The notes under the pieces: generated by a model
Databases searched by the model: none
What the model saw: only the letters and a program-made list of their open reading frames with translations
Told to the model about the DNA's origin: nothing
Program-made: the position numbers and the translations under genes
In this document: positions 1-8,975 of the stretch, one piece after another
Layout: each line of letters starts with the position of its first letter
Position numbering within the stretch: position 1 is the first letter of the stretch
NCBI GenBank assembly: GCA_965217775.1
Contig: CBDCJH010000002.1
Span: 1,120,001 to 1,184,000 of the forward strand
Reading direction: 5' to 3'
DNA from: Acidobacteriota bacterium
Lineage (GTDB): Bacteria; Acidobacteriota; UBA6911; RPQK01; JAJDTT01
DNA length: 64,000 bases

Positions 1-2
1 AG

Positions 3-731
3 TACGTCGGGATCGACCCGGTGCAGCAACCGATTCCGGTCCGCCCCGTGGTGCACTACATGATGGGAGGCGTGAGTACCGCAAACGACGGGAGCACTCC
101 CTTGGAGGGTCTCTACGCGGCCGGAGAAGTCGCCTGCGTGACCATCAACGGCGCCAATCGTCTGGGGTCAAATTCCCTGACCGAATGCCTGGTCTTCGGC
201 GGTTTCGCCGGCGAGGCGGCCGCCCGCCACGCCGTCGCCAGCGAGCTGGTCGATCCGAGCCGGATCCGGGCGGCGGCGCGCAGGGAAGAGGAGCGGATCG
301 AGCAGGGCTTTCTCCACCGCGAAGACGGGACCGAGCGCATCAGTGGTCTCCGGGGCGAGATGCAGTCCGCCATGGAAAAGGGATGCGGTGTCTATCGGAC
401 CCGGGACAGCCTGCTGGAGACCTGTTCGGAGCTGGCGGAGCTGAGAGAACGATTCGCCAACCTGCGCATCGACGACCGCGGAAGAGTCTTCAACACCGAT
501 CTGGTAGCGGCTCTGGAACTGGACTTCATGCTGGACGTGGCCCGCTGCATCGCCGGCGCCGCTCTGACCCGCGAGGAGTCTCGCGGGGCTCAGGCCCGGG
601 TCGACTTTCCCGAGCGCGACGACGAACGGTTCCTGCATCACCAACTGTCCCTCTATTCGGAGGAGGGCCCACGGTTGGAGACCCAGCCGGTGACCATCAC
701 CCGCTGGGCTCCCGAGGAGCGGAAATATTGA
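3..731 (+). CDS. frdA: Fumarate reductase/succinate dehydrogenase flavoprotein subunit, 3' part (5' end outside window)
   Basis: PVRPVVHYMMGG, GLYAAGE, GANRLGSNSL and REESRGA motifs; followed by Fe-S and two small membrane subunits. Confidence 0.93.
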   Translation, partial: YVGIDPVQQPIPVRPVVHYMMGGVSTANDGSTPLEGLYAAGEVACVTINGANRLGSNSLTECLVFGGFAGEAAARHAVASELVDPSRIRAAARREEERIEQGFLHREDGTERISGLRGEMQSAMEKGCGVYRTRDSLLETCSELAELRERFANLRIDDRGRVFNTDLVAALELDFMLDVARCIAGAALTREESRGAQARVDFPERDDERFLHHQLSLYSEEGPRLETQPVTITRWAPEERKY

Positions 732-751
732 GCCAGGAGCGAGATTCCGGC

Positions 752-1489
752 ATGAAGACCATCGACATCACCGTCACCCGGTACGATCCGGAGAACAGTT
801 CTGCCCCGTACGATCAGACGTACACCATCCCCTTCGACGACGAGATGGTGGTTCTGGACGGCCTCAACTACATCAAGGACCATGTGGACGGCAGCCTGAC
901 CTATCGCTGGTCCTGCCGAATGGGGGTCTGCGGGAGCTGCGGCATGATGGTCAACGGAGTGCCCGTACTGACCTGTGCAGTCTTCCTGAAGGACTATCCG
1001 CAGGGCGTGCGCGTGGGTCCGCTGGACCATTTCCCGGTGGTCCGGGATCTGGTCATCGAGATGGATGACTTCATGGACAAGCTCCGGGCGGTGAAGCCCT
1101 GGATGATTCGCGAGCAGGAGAAGCCGGTTCAAGAGGGCGAGTATCTGCAATCCCCCGAGGAGTTGCAGCTCTTTCGACAGTTCAGCATGTGCATCAACTG
1201 CGCCCTCTGCTATGCAGCCTGCCCGGTCTACGCGGCGGACAAGACCTTCATCGGACCCGCCGCCATCGCCTTGGCGCACCGGTATGACATGGACTCCAGG
1301 GAGGAGGGCCAGGACCAGCGGGCCGAGGTCATCGGAAGCCACGAGGGGATCTGGGAATGCTCCTTCGTCGGCGAGTGCTCGGTGGTATGTCCCAAGCATG
1401 TGGATCCCGCGGCGGCGATCCAGCGTTCCAAGGTGCAGTTGACGAAGGACCATATCCTTGGGTTGCTCTGGCCCTGGGGGAAATCGTGA
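752..1489 (+). CDS. frdB: Fumarate reductase iron-sulfur subunit
   Basis: SCRMGVCGSC (2Fe-2S), CINCALCYAAC and CSFVGECSVVCP cysteine clusters; ATG 752 downstream of AGGAG. Confidence 0.95.
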   Translation: MKTIDITVTRYDPENSSAPYDQTYTIPFDDEMVVLDGLNYIKDHVDGSLTYRWSCRMGVCGSCGMMVNGVPVLTCAVFLKDYPQGVRVGPLDHFPVVRDLVIEMDDFMDKLRAVKPWMIREQEKPVQEGEYLQSPEELQLFRQFSMCINCALCYAACPVYAADKTFIGPAAIALAHRYDMDSREEGQDQRAEVIGSHEGIWECSFVGECSVVCPKHVDPAAAIQRSKVQLTKDHILGLLWPWGKS

Positions 1490-1890
1490 GCGTCGCTTCG
1501 CCGCAACGTCCGCCTCGCTATCGGCCCCAGCGGTCGGCCCTCTGGTGGCTGAGCAACGGCCGATATTTTCTGTTCATGGTCCGGGAGCTGTCGGCGGTGT
1601 TCGTGGCGCTCTACGCGCTCAGTTATCTGGTGGGCCTGTATCGGCTGTCTCAAGGGAAGGACAGCTATGAGGCTTACCTGGCCATGCTCCAGCATCCGGC
1701 CGTCCTCGTATTCCTGGGAGTGGTCCTGGTCTTCTGCCTGTTGCACACGGTGACCTGGATCCACCTGACCCCCATCGTGATGGTGGTTCGGATGGGGCGG
1801 AAGGTGGTCCCGGCCAAGTTGGTGCTGGCGGCAAACTATCTGGCCTGGATCCTGCTTTCCGGGGTCCTCTGGTACTTGGTGGTGAACTGA
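1486..1890 (+). CDS. frdC: Fumarate reductase membrane anchor subunit C
   Basis: WW..N.RYFLFMVRELSAV motif, three hydrophobic helices, GTG start overlapping the frdB stop. Confidence 0.85.
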   Translation: MSVASPQRPPRYRPQRSALWWLSNGRYFLFMVRELSAVFVALYALSYLVGLYRLSQGKDSYEAYLAMLQHPAVLVFLGVVLVFCLLHTVTWIHLTPIVMVVRMGRKVVPAKLVLAANYLAWILLSGVLWYLVVN

Positions 1891-1891
1891 G

Positions 1892-2245
1892 ATGGGTGTC
1901 CGGCTCAAGACGACCGACCCCATCTGGTGGGCTCTTTTCTCGGCCGGCGGCACGGTGGCGGCCTTCCTGGTCCCGGTCCACATCCTGGTGACCGGCCTGG
2001 GCATCGGCTTGGGCTGGATTCCCCCCGAGACACTCTCCTACGAACGGGTCGGGGAACTCCTGGAGAACCCGCTGGTCCGGCTCTACCTTCTGGTTTTCAT
2101 TTCCTTGCCACTCTTCCACTCCGCTCACCGTCTCCGGCACATCCTGATCGACCTGGGACGCGGAGCCCTCAGGACGCCGATCTCGATCCTCTGCTACGGC
2201 GGCGCCATTGCGGGAACGGCTGCCGCCGTCTGGCTGTTGGTGTAG
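1892..2245 (+). CDS. frdD: Fumarate reductase membrane anchor subunit D
   Basis: PIWWALFSAGGTVAA and FHSAHRLRH motifs, three TM helices, operon position. Confidence 0.88.
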   Translation: MGVRLKTTDPIWWALFSAGGTVAAFLVPVHILVTGLGIGLGWIPPETLSYERVGELLENPLVRLYLLVFISLPLFHSAHRLRHILIDLGRGALRTPISILCYGGAIAGTAAAVWLLV

Positions 2246-2491
2246 GAGGGGCGACATCCCTGTCGCCCGTTGGACGGGCGATTTCCAGTCGCCCAGTGGA
2301 GGGGCGACATCCCTGTCGCCCGTTGGAGGGGCGATTTCCAGTCGCCCAGTGGGAGAGGCGACTTTCTTGTCGCCGGCTCTTCGCCGCTACCGAAGATTCG
2401 CGAGACCGGAAAGTATTGAGGGGGAAAGTGTACAGTGGGGACTCCGTCCCCCCTGCCCCCCTGTTCGGCGACAAGAAAGTCGCCGCTCCAC
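2243..2491. repeat. REP cluster (GGAGGGGCGA..TCGCC palindromes) plus a REPIN-like REP-spacer-inverted REP unit
   Basis: Alternating GGCGACATCCCTGTCGCC and GGCGATTTCCAGTCGCC units, then GGCGACTTTCTTGTCGCC, ~90 bp, GGCGACAAGAAAGTCGCC; homologous inverted copy at 42661-42881. Confidence 0.85.
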
Positions 2492-2573
2492 GCCGCCGCT
2501 CCTTTCGAAACGAAACCTTATTCGCGAAAAATCCGTCTACTTATCAGAGTGTTTACCAAGTCAGGTGAACGAG

Positions 2574-4094
2574 ATGAGGAAAACCAAATTCGGGGCGGGT
2601 GAAAACATGTATGGAACTGTTCTCGGAGGCACGGGTCCCCTTTGGCGCCGGAAGACGAATTCGAATCCGTGGGAGCGGAATGAGGTCCTGGGAGCGGAGC
2701 CGGCTGGGAAAAGGGGAGAGTACGGTGACGACACCATCTACGCCTACCTGAAGGAGATGGGTTCGATACCTTTGCTTACGGCCCACCGGGAGATCGAGGT
2801 CGCCCGCCAGTTGGCCCGGGGCCGGGAACGGATCTCCTATTTTCTGTACCGTTGCCCCATCGCCGTCGGAGAGCTTCTGGTCTGGGGAAAACGGCTACAG
2901 GTCGGTGAGATGCGGATTCGCGAGATTGCCCGCCTCAATTCCGATGTCACCTCGGGAGTCGAGCCTGTGAAGTGGTTCCGGGCCCAACTGGGGGCCATTG
3001 CCCGTCTGGACGAACAGGCGCGACGGCTCTGGCGTCGATGGCGACAGGTGGTTCAGGATGGAGAGCCCGGCTTCCGGGAACTCCTGGGGTTGGCCCGCGT
3101 CCGTGGCGCGATCGCCGGGCGGATTCGTAAGCTCGGTCTGAAACAGGAAGCATGCGACCGGTTGCTCAAGTCGCTCAAGACCTCACTGGAACCGCTCTTG
3201 GAGCTGCTGAAGAAGAGCGAGAGTCTCCGGCGGAGCCAGGCGGATCCGGACCGGGACCGATACCGGCAGGTCTGCAACGAACTGGAGCAATGGGAGCAAT
3301 CCCGGTGCGTGACCCGGGAGCAGGCGCGCCGAACCTTCGGCCGTATCCGTGACGCACAGCGCCGGGCCGATGACGCCAAACAGGAACTGGTGCAGTCCAA
3401 CCTGCGGTTGGTGGTGTCCGTGGCCAAGAAATACCGGGGGCGCGGGCTGGCCTTCCTGGATCTGATCCAGGAGGGGAACATCGGTCTGATGAAGGCGGTC
3501 GACCGCTTCAATCACCGTCTGGGATTCAAGTTCTCCACTTACGCCCACTGGTGGATCCGGCAGGCGATCCAGCGATCCATCTCCAATAAGGGGAGAACGA
3601 TTCGACTCCCTGTCCACATCTCCGAGGTCGTCTACAAGTCCGTCCGGACGGTTCGCGAGTGGACGCGGATCCATGGACGCAAACCAAGTACGGAAGAACT
3701 CGCCGGAGTCGTGGGACTGCCGGCGGAGCGGGTCCGGAGCATCCTGGATATCGCTCGAAAGCCGGTTTCCCTGGAGGCCCCGATCGGCCGGGACGAGGAG
3801 GGTAAGCTGCAGGACGTCCTCGAGGACTGCAACAGCGAGTCTCCTTCCGAAAAACTGCTGCGTCAGAGCGTGGCGGATGAAACCTCAGGCATCCTCATGA
3901 ATCTGGACTCCCGGGAGGAGCGGGTGCTGCGCCTGAGGTTCGGCGTTGGGGAAGACAGGGAACATACTCTGGAGCAGATTGGCCGCGTTTTCTCCCTGAC
4001 CCGGGAGCGAATCCGGCAGATCGAGGCCATGGCTCTCCGCAAGTTGCGTCGGGCCTATGCCGGCCGTCGCTCAGTCCAGGCTGCAACACGGTAA
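2574..4094 (+). CDS. RpoD-like sigma-70 factor without a recognisable region 1.1 (start uncertain: 2574 or 2607)
   Basis: Region 1.2 YLKEMGSIPLLT, region 2 NLRLVVSVAKKY/DLIQEGNIGLMKAV/STYAHWWIRQAI, region 4 TRERIRQIE. Confidence 0.9.
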   Translation: MRKTKFGAGENMYGTVLGGTGPLWRRKTNSNPWERNEVLGAEPAGKRGEYGDDTIYAYLKEMGSIPLLTAHREIEVARQLARGRERISYFLYRCPIAVGELLVWGKRLQVGEMRIREIARLNSDVTSGVEPVKWFRAQLGAIARLDEQARRLWRRWRQVVQDGEPGFRELLGLARVRGAIAGRIRKLGLKQEACDRLLKSLKTSLEPLLELLKKSESLRRSQADPDRDRYRQVCNELEQWEQSRCVTREQARRTFGRIRDAQRRADDAKQELVQSNLRLVVSVAKKYRGRGLAFLDLIQEGNIGLMKAVDRFNHRLGFKFSTYAHWWIRQAIQRSISNKGRTIRLPVHISEVVYKSVRTVREWTRIHGRKPSTEELAGVVGLPAERVRSILDIARKPVSLEAPIGRDEEGKLQDVLEDCNSESPSEKLLRQSVADETSGILMNLDSREERVLRLRFGVGEDREHTLEQIGRVFSLTRERIRQIEAMALRKLRRAYAGRRSVQAATR

Positions 4095-4119
4095 GTCCTG
4101 CGGCAACCGTCCGGCGACG

Positions 4120-6510
4120 CTACTCGATGGTCACGAGGATGGGCCGGGAGGCGTAGTCGACCGACTCTTCCAGGATTCCCAGGCCCCTCATCTTTTCGGT
4201 TCGCTCGCTGCGGTGCCGCGTGACGACGTAGATGGGGACGGTCATTGGCTCCAGCGATTCTTCCGCCAGAATGTTCAAGGTGCGGGAGTGTTCCCCCTTG
4301 CTGATGACCAGACCCGCATTGGTGGACCGCCCGTCTACGAACAGCCCGGGCGGGCGATTCTTCACTTCGATGCCCACCTCGTGGGCGAAATCCTTGGGAC
4401 AGTCGATTCGGACATGGAGGCGGCCCTGGGTTCCACGCCGCAGGACCAGATGCTCCGGTTCCACCAGGGGCCGGATGGTGGCGGGTGGGACCAGGGAGAC
4501 CAGGTTCAGCCCGCTGTCCGGGTCCACCGCGGGATGGATTCTTTCCACGCCGCCGATGCTGGCCCGCCCTTGGATCTTGAGCTTGTGATCGGGCGGTACC
4601 GGATGGGCTGAAGAGTCCGCGGTGAAGATCAGGGTCGTCTGAAATTCGTCCCGGCGAATGGTCCCCGGCACGGCGCGGATGCCGGGCGGCAGATCCAGGG
4701 CTTCGATCCGGATTTCGTCCCGGAAGCCGTCGATCCGCAGGGCGGACACCACCAGGGGAACGCTCCCACCCAGAGGGACGTTGGGGCTCCTGGCTCCCGC
4801 TCCCCGCAGGTCCCGCTGTTGCATGAAGCCGTCGTCCAGATAGAGCCGGAAATCGGGACGGGCCGGCCGGACCGTGAGACGGTACGTATGGCGGGGTCCT
4901 CCCGCGCCGTGCAGGTCCCGCAGCCGAACCAGGTATTCTCCGTCCGCCGGGGGGTCGAACAGGAGATACGAGTCCTTGCCGTAGACGGGACCGCCGTCGT
5001 CGTTTCGATAGAAGAGGGTCAGGGTGGACGACCCTCCCGGGGCCGGAGCCCCGGGGGGGAGGATTTCCACCTTTCGGGCGTTGTAGTTCTTGGGGTGGTT
5101 CTGGGGACTGGTGCCCAACCAGGCCAGGCGCTGCCCCAAGAGGCCCTGGGCCAGGGAGAAATCGTCCGAGTGGCGGAGTCCCTCTTCCAGCCGGACCAGT
5201 TCCCGCTCGCTCAGGAGGACGAAATCACCTCCCCGAAACGCCATTCCGCTGGCCACGTCGAACCGCTGCAACTGCAGGGAACGGGAGGCCAGGGGTTCCA
5301 GGTGGCTTCCTTCAAAGACGGTCCTGAGCCGGGCCCGGGGCAGGGAACGCCCTTGGAGGTCCAGGATTTCGATATGCGAATCCAGGGGAGAATCAAGCCG
5401 TTGAGCCGCGACCTCCAAGGCCAGAGGCCGACCGCGGCGTGCCGGAAAGCGGAAGACATCGGCGTCCCGGGTCGAATCGATCCGGCCGTTGACGGTGATC
5501 GGAACGGAGATCGGCTGAGCCGTCTCCGCGGCGTCGTTCTCCTCCCGTTCCAGAGTCTCATCATGGCTTCCCACGGCGATCCGAACCGGGTTCAGGGCCG
5601 GACCCCGGGGCGTCCGGATCGTCAGGTCCCGAAAGCCGTCCTCTCGCGGCGGCCGATCCCCGCGGAGCCGGATATTCGTCTGATCTCCCAGATTGAAGCC
5701 TTCCAGCCGCGCTTCCACCTCTTCGCTTCGACGCCCGCCCGCAGGGAACAGGTGGGTCACATAGGGAACTGCGCCCAAGGTAAGGCGGTAGAAGCGCCGT
5801 GAGCCGCCTCCGCCGGCGAAGTCGGTGACCCGGACCGAGTAGCGGCCCGATCGGGGCAGCCGCAATCCCAGCATGGCGTCGAGATTTCGTGGAGAGGCGT
5901 TGTTGCTGCTGGCCAGGACGCGTCCCTCCGGTCCCATGAGGGTCAGGGCTCCGTCCAGCCGGGAACCGAGGGGGTGGGCCCGGAGTCGGAGCACCAGCTC
6001 CTCGCCCCGGCGCCCTTCCAACTGGAAGTAGTCTTCCTCTCCGGTTTTGGCGATGGCGCCGTTCACCGTCACCGGAAGAGTCACCGGTTGGGCTCCGGCA
6101 AGGGCGCCGTTGCCGTCGGACTCGCGGATCTCGGAGAATTGCCCGACGGCGAAGGGAATCCAATTGCTGGCCCCGTGCCGGGTCTTGACTCGGAATCCGT
6201 AGATTGCGGGAGGCGTTTCCTCGTGGACCTCGACTTCCAGACGCAACCGCTCCAGTGGAGTCTGGAAACGGCCGTTGGGACCGTCCCATCCCTCAAGGAT
6301 GATCGCCGTTATGTTCGAGATATTAAAAATTATATTTTCAGCCTCTTTGAGATGTATTCCCTCCAGAACGACTTGAACTCTGGATCCGGCCTGAGCGCCG
6401 GTTGGGTTGGCCAGATAGACCACCGGCGCGGAAGGATAGTAGGTGGTGGCCAGGCCCCAGGAAAGGGAGCCGACCATGATGAGGATCAAAGTTCCGGGTT
6501 TCGGGCGCAT
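4120..6510 (-). CDS. Secreted pre-peptidase C-terminal (PPC) repeat protein of DUF1501/DUF1549 clusters
   Basis: Signal peptide; repeated PVTVNG.I....E.DYF, LDS...ILD and NDD.G..DS motifs; start overlaps upstream stop (TGATG). Confidence 0.75.
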   Translation of the reverse strand: MRPKPGTLILIMVGSLSWGLATTYYPSAPVVYLANPTGAQAGSRVQVVLEGIHLKEAENIIFNISNITAIILEGWDGPNGRFQTPLERLRLEVEVHEETPPAIYGFRVKTRHGASNWIPFAVGQFSEIRESDGNGALAGAQPVTLPVTVNGAIAKTGEEDYFQLEGRRGEELVLRLRAHPLGSRLDGALTLMGPEGRVLASSNNASPRNLDAMLGLRLPRSGRYSVRVTDFAGGGGSRRFYRLTLGAVPYVTHLFPAGGRRSEEVEARLEGFNLGDQTNIRLRGDRPPREDGFRDLTIRTPRGPALNPVRIAVGSHDETLEREENDAAETAQPISVPITVNGRIDSTRDADVFRFPARRGRPLALEVAAQRLDSPLDSHIEILDLQGRSLPRARLRTVFEGSHLEPLASRSLQLQRFDVASGMAFRGGDFVLLSERELVRLEEGLRHSDDFSLAQGLLGQRLAWLGTSPQNHPKNYNARKVEILPPGAPAPGGSSTLTLFYRNDDGGPVYGKDSYLLFDPPADGEYLVRLRDLHGAGGPRHTYRLTVRPARPDFRLYLDDGFMQQRDLRGAGARSPNVPLGGSVPLVVSALRIDGFRDEIRIEALDLPPGIRAVPGTIRRDEFQTTLIFTADSSAHPVPPDHKLKIQGRASIGGVERIHPAVDPDSGLNLVSLVPPATIRPLVEPEHLVLRRGTQGRLHVRIDCPKDFAHEVGIEVKNRPPGLFVDGRSTNAGLVISKGEHSRTLNILAEESLEPMTVPIYVVTRHRSERTEKMRGLGILEESVDYASRPILVTIE

Positions 6511-8975
6511 CAGTGGTTGAAGAGAAATTCCTTGCTCATCATCAAGCCCGCCCATAAGTCCTCCAGGAGTTCGCGCCGCGCCGGCTCCCGGGACGAGGCC
6601 GAGTCCGCAACCGGACGGAGGAGCTCCAGGATTTCCGCCTCCTCCCCCGGGGAAGGCGGCCGGGAAAGCGAGCTCCAGAAGATATGGCGGATGATCTCCC
6701 GATCCGCGATCCCCTGGTCGAGCATCTGCTGGAGGTTGCCCTCGGGGGAGCGGAGTTTGGCGCTCAGAAACTCCCCGTTGAGCAGGTGCAGGACCTGGGG
6801 AACCGTGGAGCTCCGGACCCGCTCCGAGTAGGCGTTGATCTCTCTGGCGGGACGTCCGAAGAGGGTCAGGGCGTAGGAGCTCACCCGGGAGTCGGGCAGT
6901 TGAAGAGCCCGCACGCCCTCAGGGTGTCCGGCAAAGTTCTCGGGCACTCCGAGAACCTGGGACACCACGTCCAGCAGGACCTCGGCGGGGAGTCTCCGGA
7001 TCAGATAGTGGGAGTGATACTTCCGGTCGTGGCTGTTGCCTTGCGGCCGGGAGCTCCTCTGGTAGGTGGCCGAGTTCATTATGGATCGGATCAGAGACTT
7101 GAGGTCGAATCCGCTCCGCACCAGCTCGCGCCCCAGCGCCTCCAGGAGGCGGGGGTTGGAAGCCGCGTTGGTTTCCCGCATGTCGTCGGCGGGATGGACC
7201 AGGCCTCGCCCCATGAAGTGATGCCAGACGCGGTTCACGACGGCGCGGACGAAGTAGCGATTCTCGCCCGACGTGAGCCATTGGGCGAGAGGCAGCCGCC
7301 GGTCTCGCCCCGGACGGTCGCCGATCGTCTCCACCGACTCCAGAGGACGGGGAGCCAGAGGCCGGCCCAGGCGTGGATGGATCACCTCTCCGCGGCTGGC
7401 GGTGAATATGGTGGTCTCTTTCAATGAGTTGGGATTGTCGGCAAAACCGTAGCCCACGTCGTTCTTGCGGCCGACTCGGGAGAAGAAGCTGGAGAGGTGG
7501 TAGTAGTCGTCCTGGCTCCATTTGTCCAGGGGGTGGTTGTGGCAACGGGCGCAGTTGATGGAGATTCCCATGAAGGTGAGGGTCATGTTCTCCGCCAGCA
7601 CGGTGGGCTCGTCGTGCAGCAGGTAGTAGTTGGCGGCGCCGTTGCTCAGATTGCTTCCGGAAGCGGTGATAATCTCCCTGACGAAGCGGTCCCAGGGCTT
7701 GTTTTCGGCGACCGCCTGTCGAATCCAACCGTGGAAGGTTCGAGTCGCGGCCGGTGTGAGCTTGGAGCTGGAGACCAGGAGCAGGTCGGACCATTTGTAG
7801 GCCCACAGATCCGCGAACTCGGACCGCTCCAGCAACGCGTCCACGAGACGGGTTCGTTTTCGGGGGTCCGGATCGGCCGCGAACCGTCTCGCCTCTTCGC
7901 CGCTGGGCAGGATTCCCGCGGCGTCCAGGTAGGCCCGCCGCAGAAACTCCGAATCGGTGCAGAGATCCGATGGGGGAATCCGCATCTGTTGGAGCTTCTC
8001 CAAGACCGGATCATCAATGAAATTGTGGCGGGCCGCCTTGCGGAAGACCTCCTCCGGCAGCCGTGCCGGAAAGGGAACGGCGATTCTCGCCGAGGCGATC
8101 CGGTCCAAATACCAGACCGACAGGATCGCCTCACCGTGACCCGACGTCTCCACCATTCCATCCTTTCCGACCTTGGCCACGGAGGCATCGCTGCTGGAGT
8201 ACTTGCCCCAGCGGGTGACGTCCTCGGTCCACCCGTCGGAGAAGAAAGCCCGGACCACCAGCCGGTGCCGGTCCCCGGGCCGTAGCGTCGCCCGGGAAGG
8301 GTAGACCTCCAACCGCTCGATCCTGGGATCGTCGGGAGCGGGGCCCGTGGCTCCGCCCGCGATCCAGTCGGCCAGGATTCGATAGTCGAGGGAGTCGGTT
8401 TCCAGCAGCTTCCCTCCGCCGTGGGAGACGGCCAGGGTGGGTTTGAGCAGGATCAGGCTCCGAGATGGCTCCTGGCGGGAGATTCTGCGGCCCCCGGCCT
8501 CCCGGGTCAGAGCCCGATAGTCCTCCTCCGGCGAATAACCTCTCAACGAGAGCTTGAAGAAGTTCTGTCCCGCTCCGGCGCCATGGCAGGCTCCGGAATT
8601 GCACCCCGACTTGGTCATGACCGAGCGGACCTGGTTGCGAAAGTCCCGGAGCGGCGGTTGGCCGGCCGATTCCACCCGGACCCGGACGGACGTATGGGGG
8701 CCGTCGGGCAGCCGGGCGGTGATTCGAGTCTCTCCGTCGCCCACCGCCCGCACCACGCCTCGAGCGTCCACTCGGGCGACGCCGGGAGACGATGAGACGA
8801 AAGTCGCTTGCGGGGTCAGGTCGGTCTCGGAGCCGCGTTGGGGTGTCCACCGGGTCAGGATGAGCCGCTGGGTTGCGTCCTGGCCCTGAAGCGTGATGTC
8901 GGGTGGCAACAATGCCAGTGAACCGGCACCGGAAACCGTGAGGGTGGACGCGGCCAGCAGGAGAGTCGCGATCAT
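6510..8975 (-). CDS. DUF1549/DUF1553 domain protein with Ig-like domains
   Basis: GCNSGACHG, EFLRRAYLD..G.LP, CARCHNHP, VNRVW.HFMGRGLV.P.DD, C-terminal EFLFNH; ATG 8975 overlaps the DUF1501 stop. Confidence 0.88.
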   Translation of the reverse strand: MIATLLLAASTLTVSGAGSLALLPPDITLQGQDATQRLILTRWTPQRGSETDLTPQATFVSSSPGVARVDARGVVRAVGDGETRITARLPDGPHTSVRVRVESAGQPPLRDFRNQVRSVMTKSGCNSGACHGAGAGQNFFKLSLRGYSPEEDYRALTREAGGRRISRQEPSRSLILLKPTLAVSHGGGKLLETDSLDYRILADWIAGGATGPAPDDPRIERLEVYPSRATLRPGDRHRLVVRAFFSDGWTEDVTRWGKYSSSDASVAKVGKDGMVETSGHGEAILSVWYLDRIASARIAVPFPARLPEEVFRKAARHNFIDDPVLEKLQQMRIPPSDLCTDSEFLRRAYLDAAGILPSGEEARRFAADPDPRKRTRLVDALLERSEFADLWAYKWSDLLLVSSSKLTPAATRTFHGWIRQAVAENKPWDRFVREIITASGSNLSNGAANYYLLHDEPTVLAENMTLTFMGISINCARCHNHPLDKWSQDDYYHLSSFFSRVGRKNDVGYGFADNPNSLKETTIFTASRGEVIHPRLGRPLAPRPLESVETIGDRPGRDRRLPLAQWLTSGENRYFVRAVVNRVWHHFMGRGLVHPADDMRETNAASNPRLLEALGRELVRSGFDLKSLIRSIMNSATYQRSSRPQGNSHDRKYHSHYLIRRLPAEVLLDVVSQVLGVPENFAGHPEGVRALQLPDSRVSSYALTLFGRPAREINAYSERVRSSTVPQVLHLLNGEFLSAKLRSPEGNLQQMLDQGIADREIIRHIFWSSLSRPPSPGEEAEILELLRPVADSASSREPARRELLEDLWAGLMMSKEFLFNH

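Noticed and set aside
2243-2375. CRISPR array
   Set aside because: Palindromic units abut one another without unique spacers and there are no cas genes; fits a REP cluster.
2208-2573. N-terminal extension of the sigma factor, and similar ORF-track extensions (185-751, 8976-9632, 32093-32848)
   Set aside because: They run through REPs or neighbouring genes; internal starts fit better.
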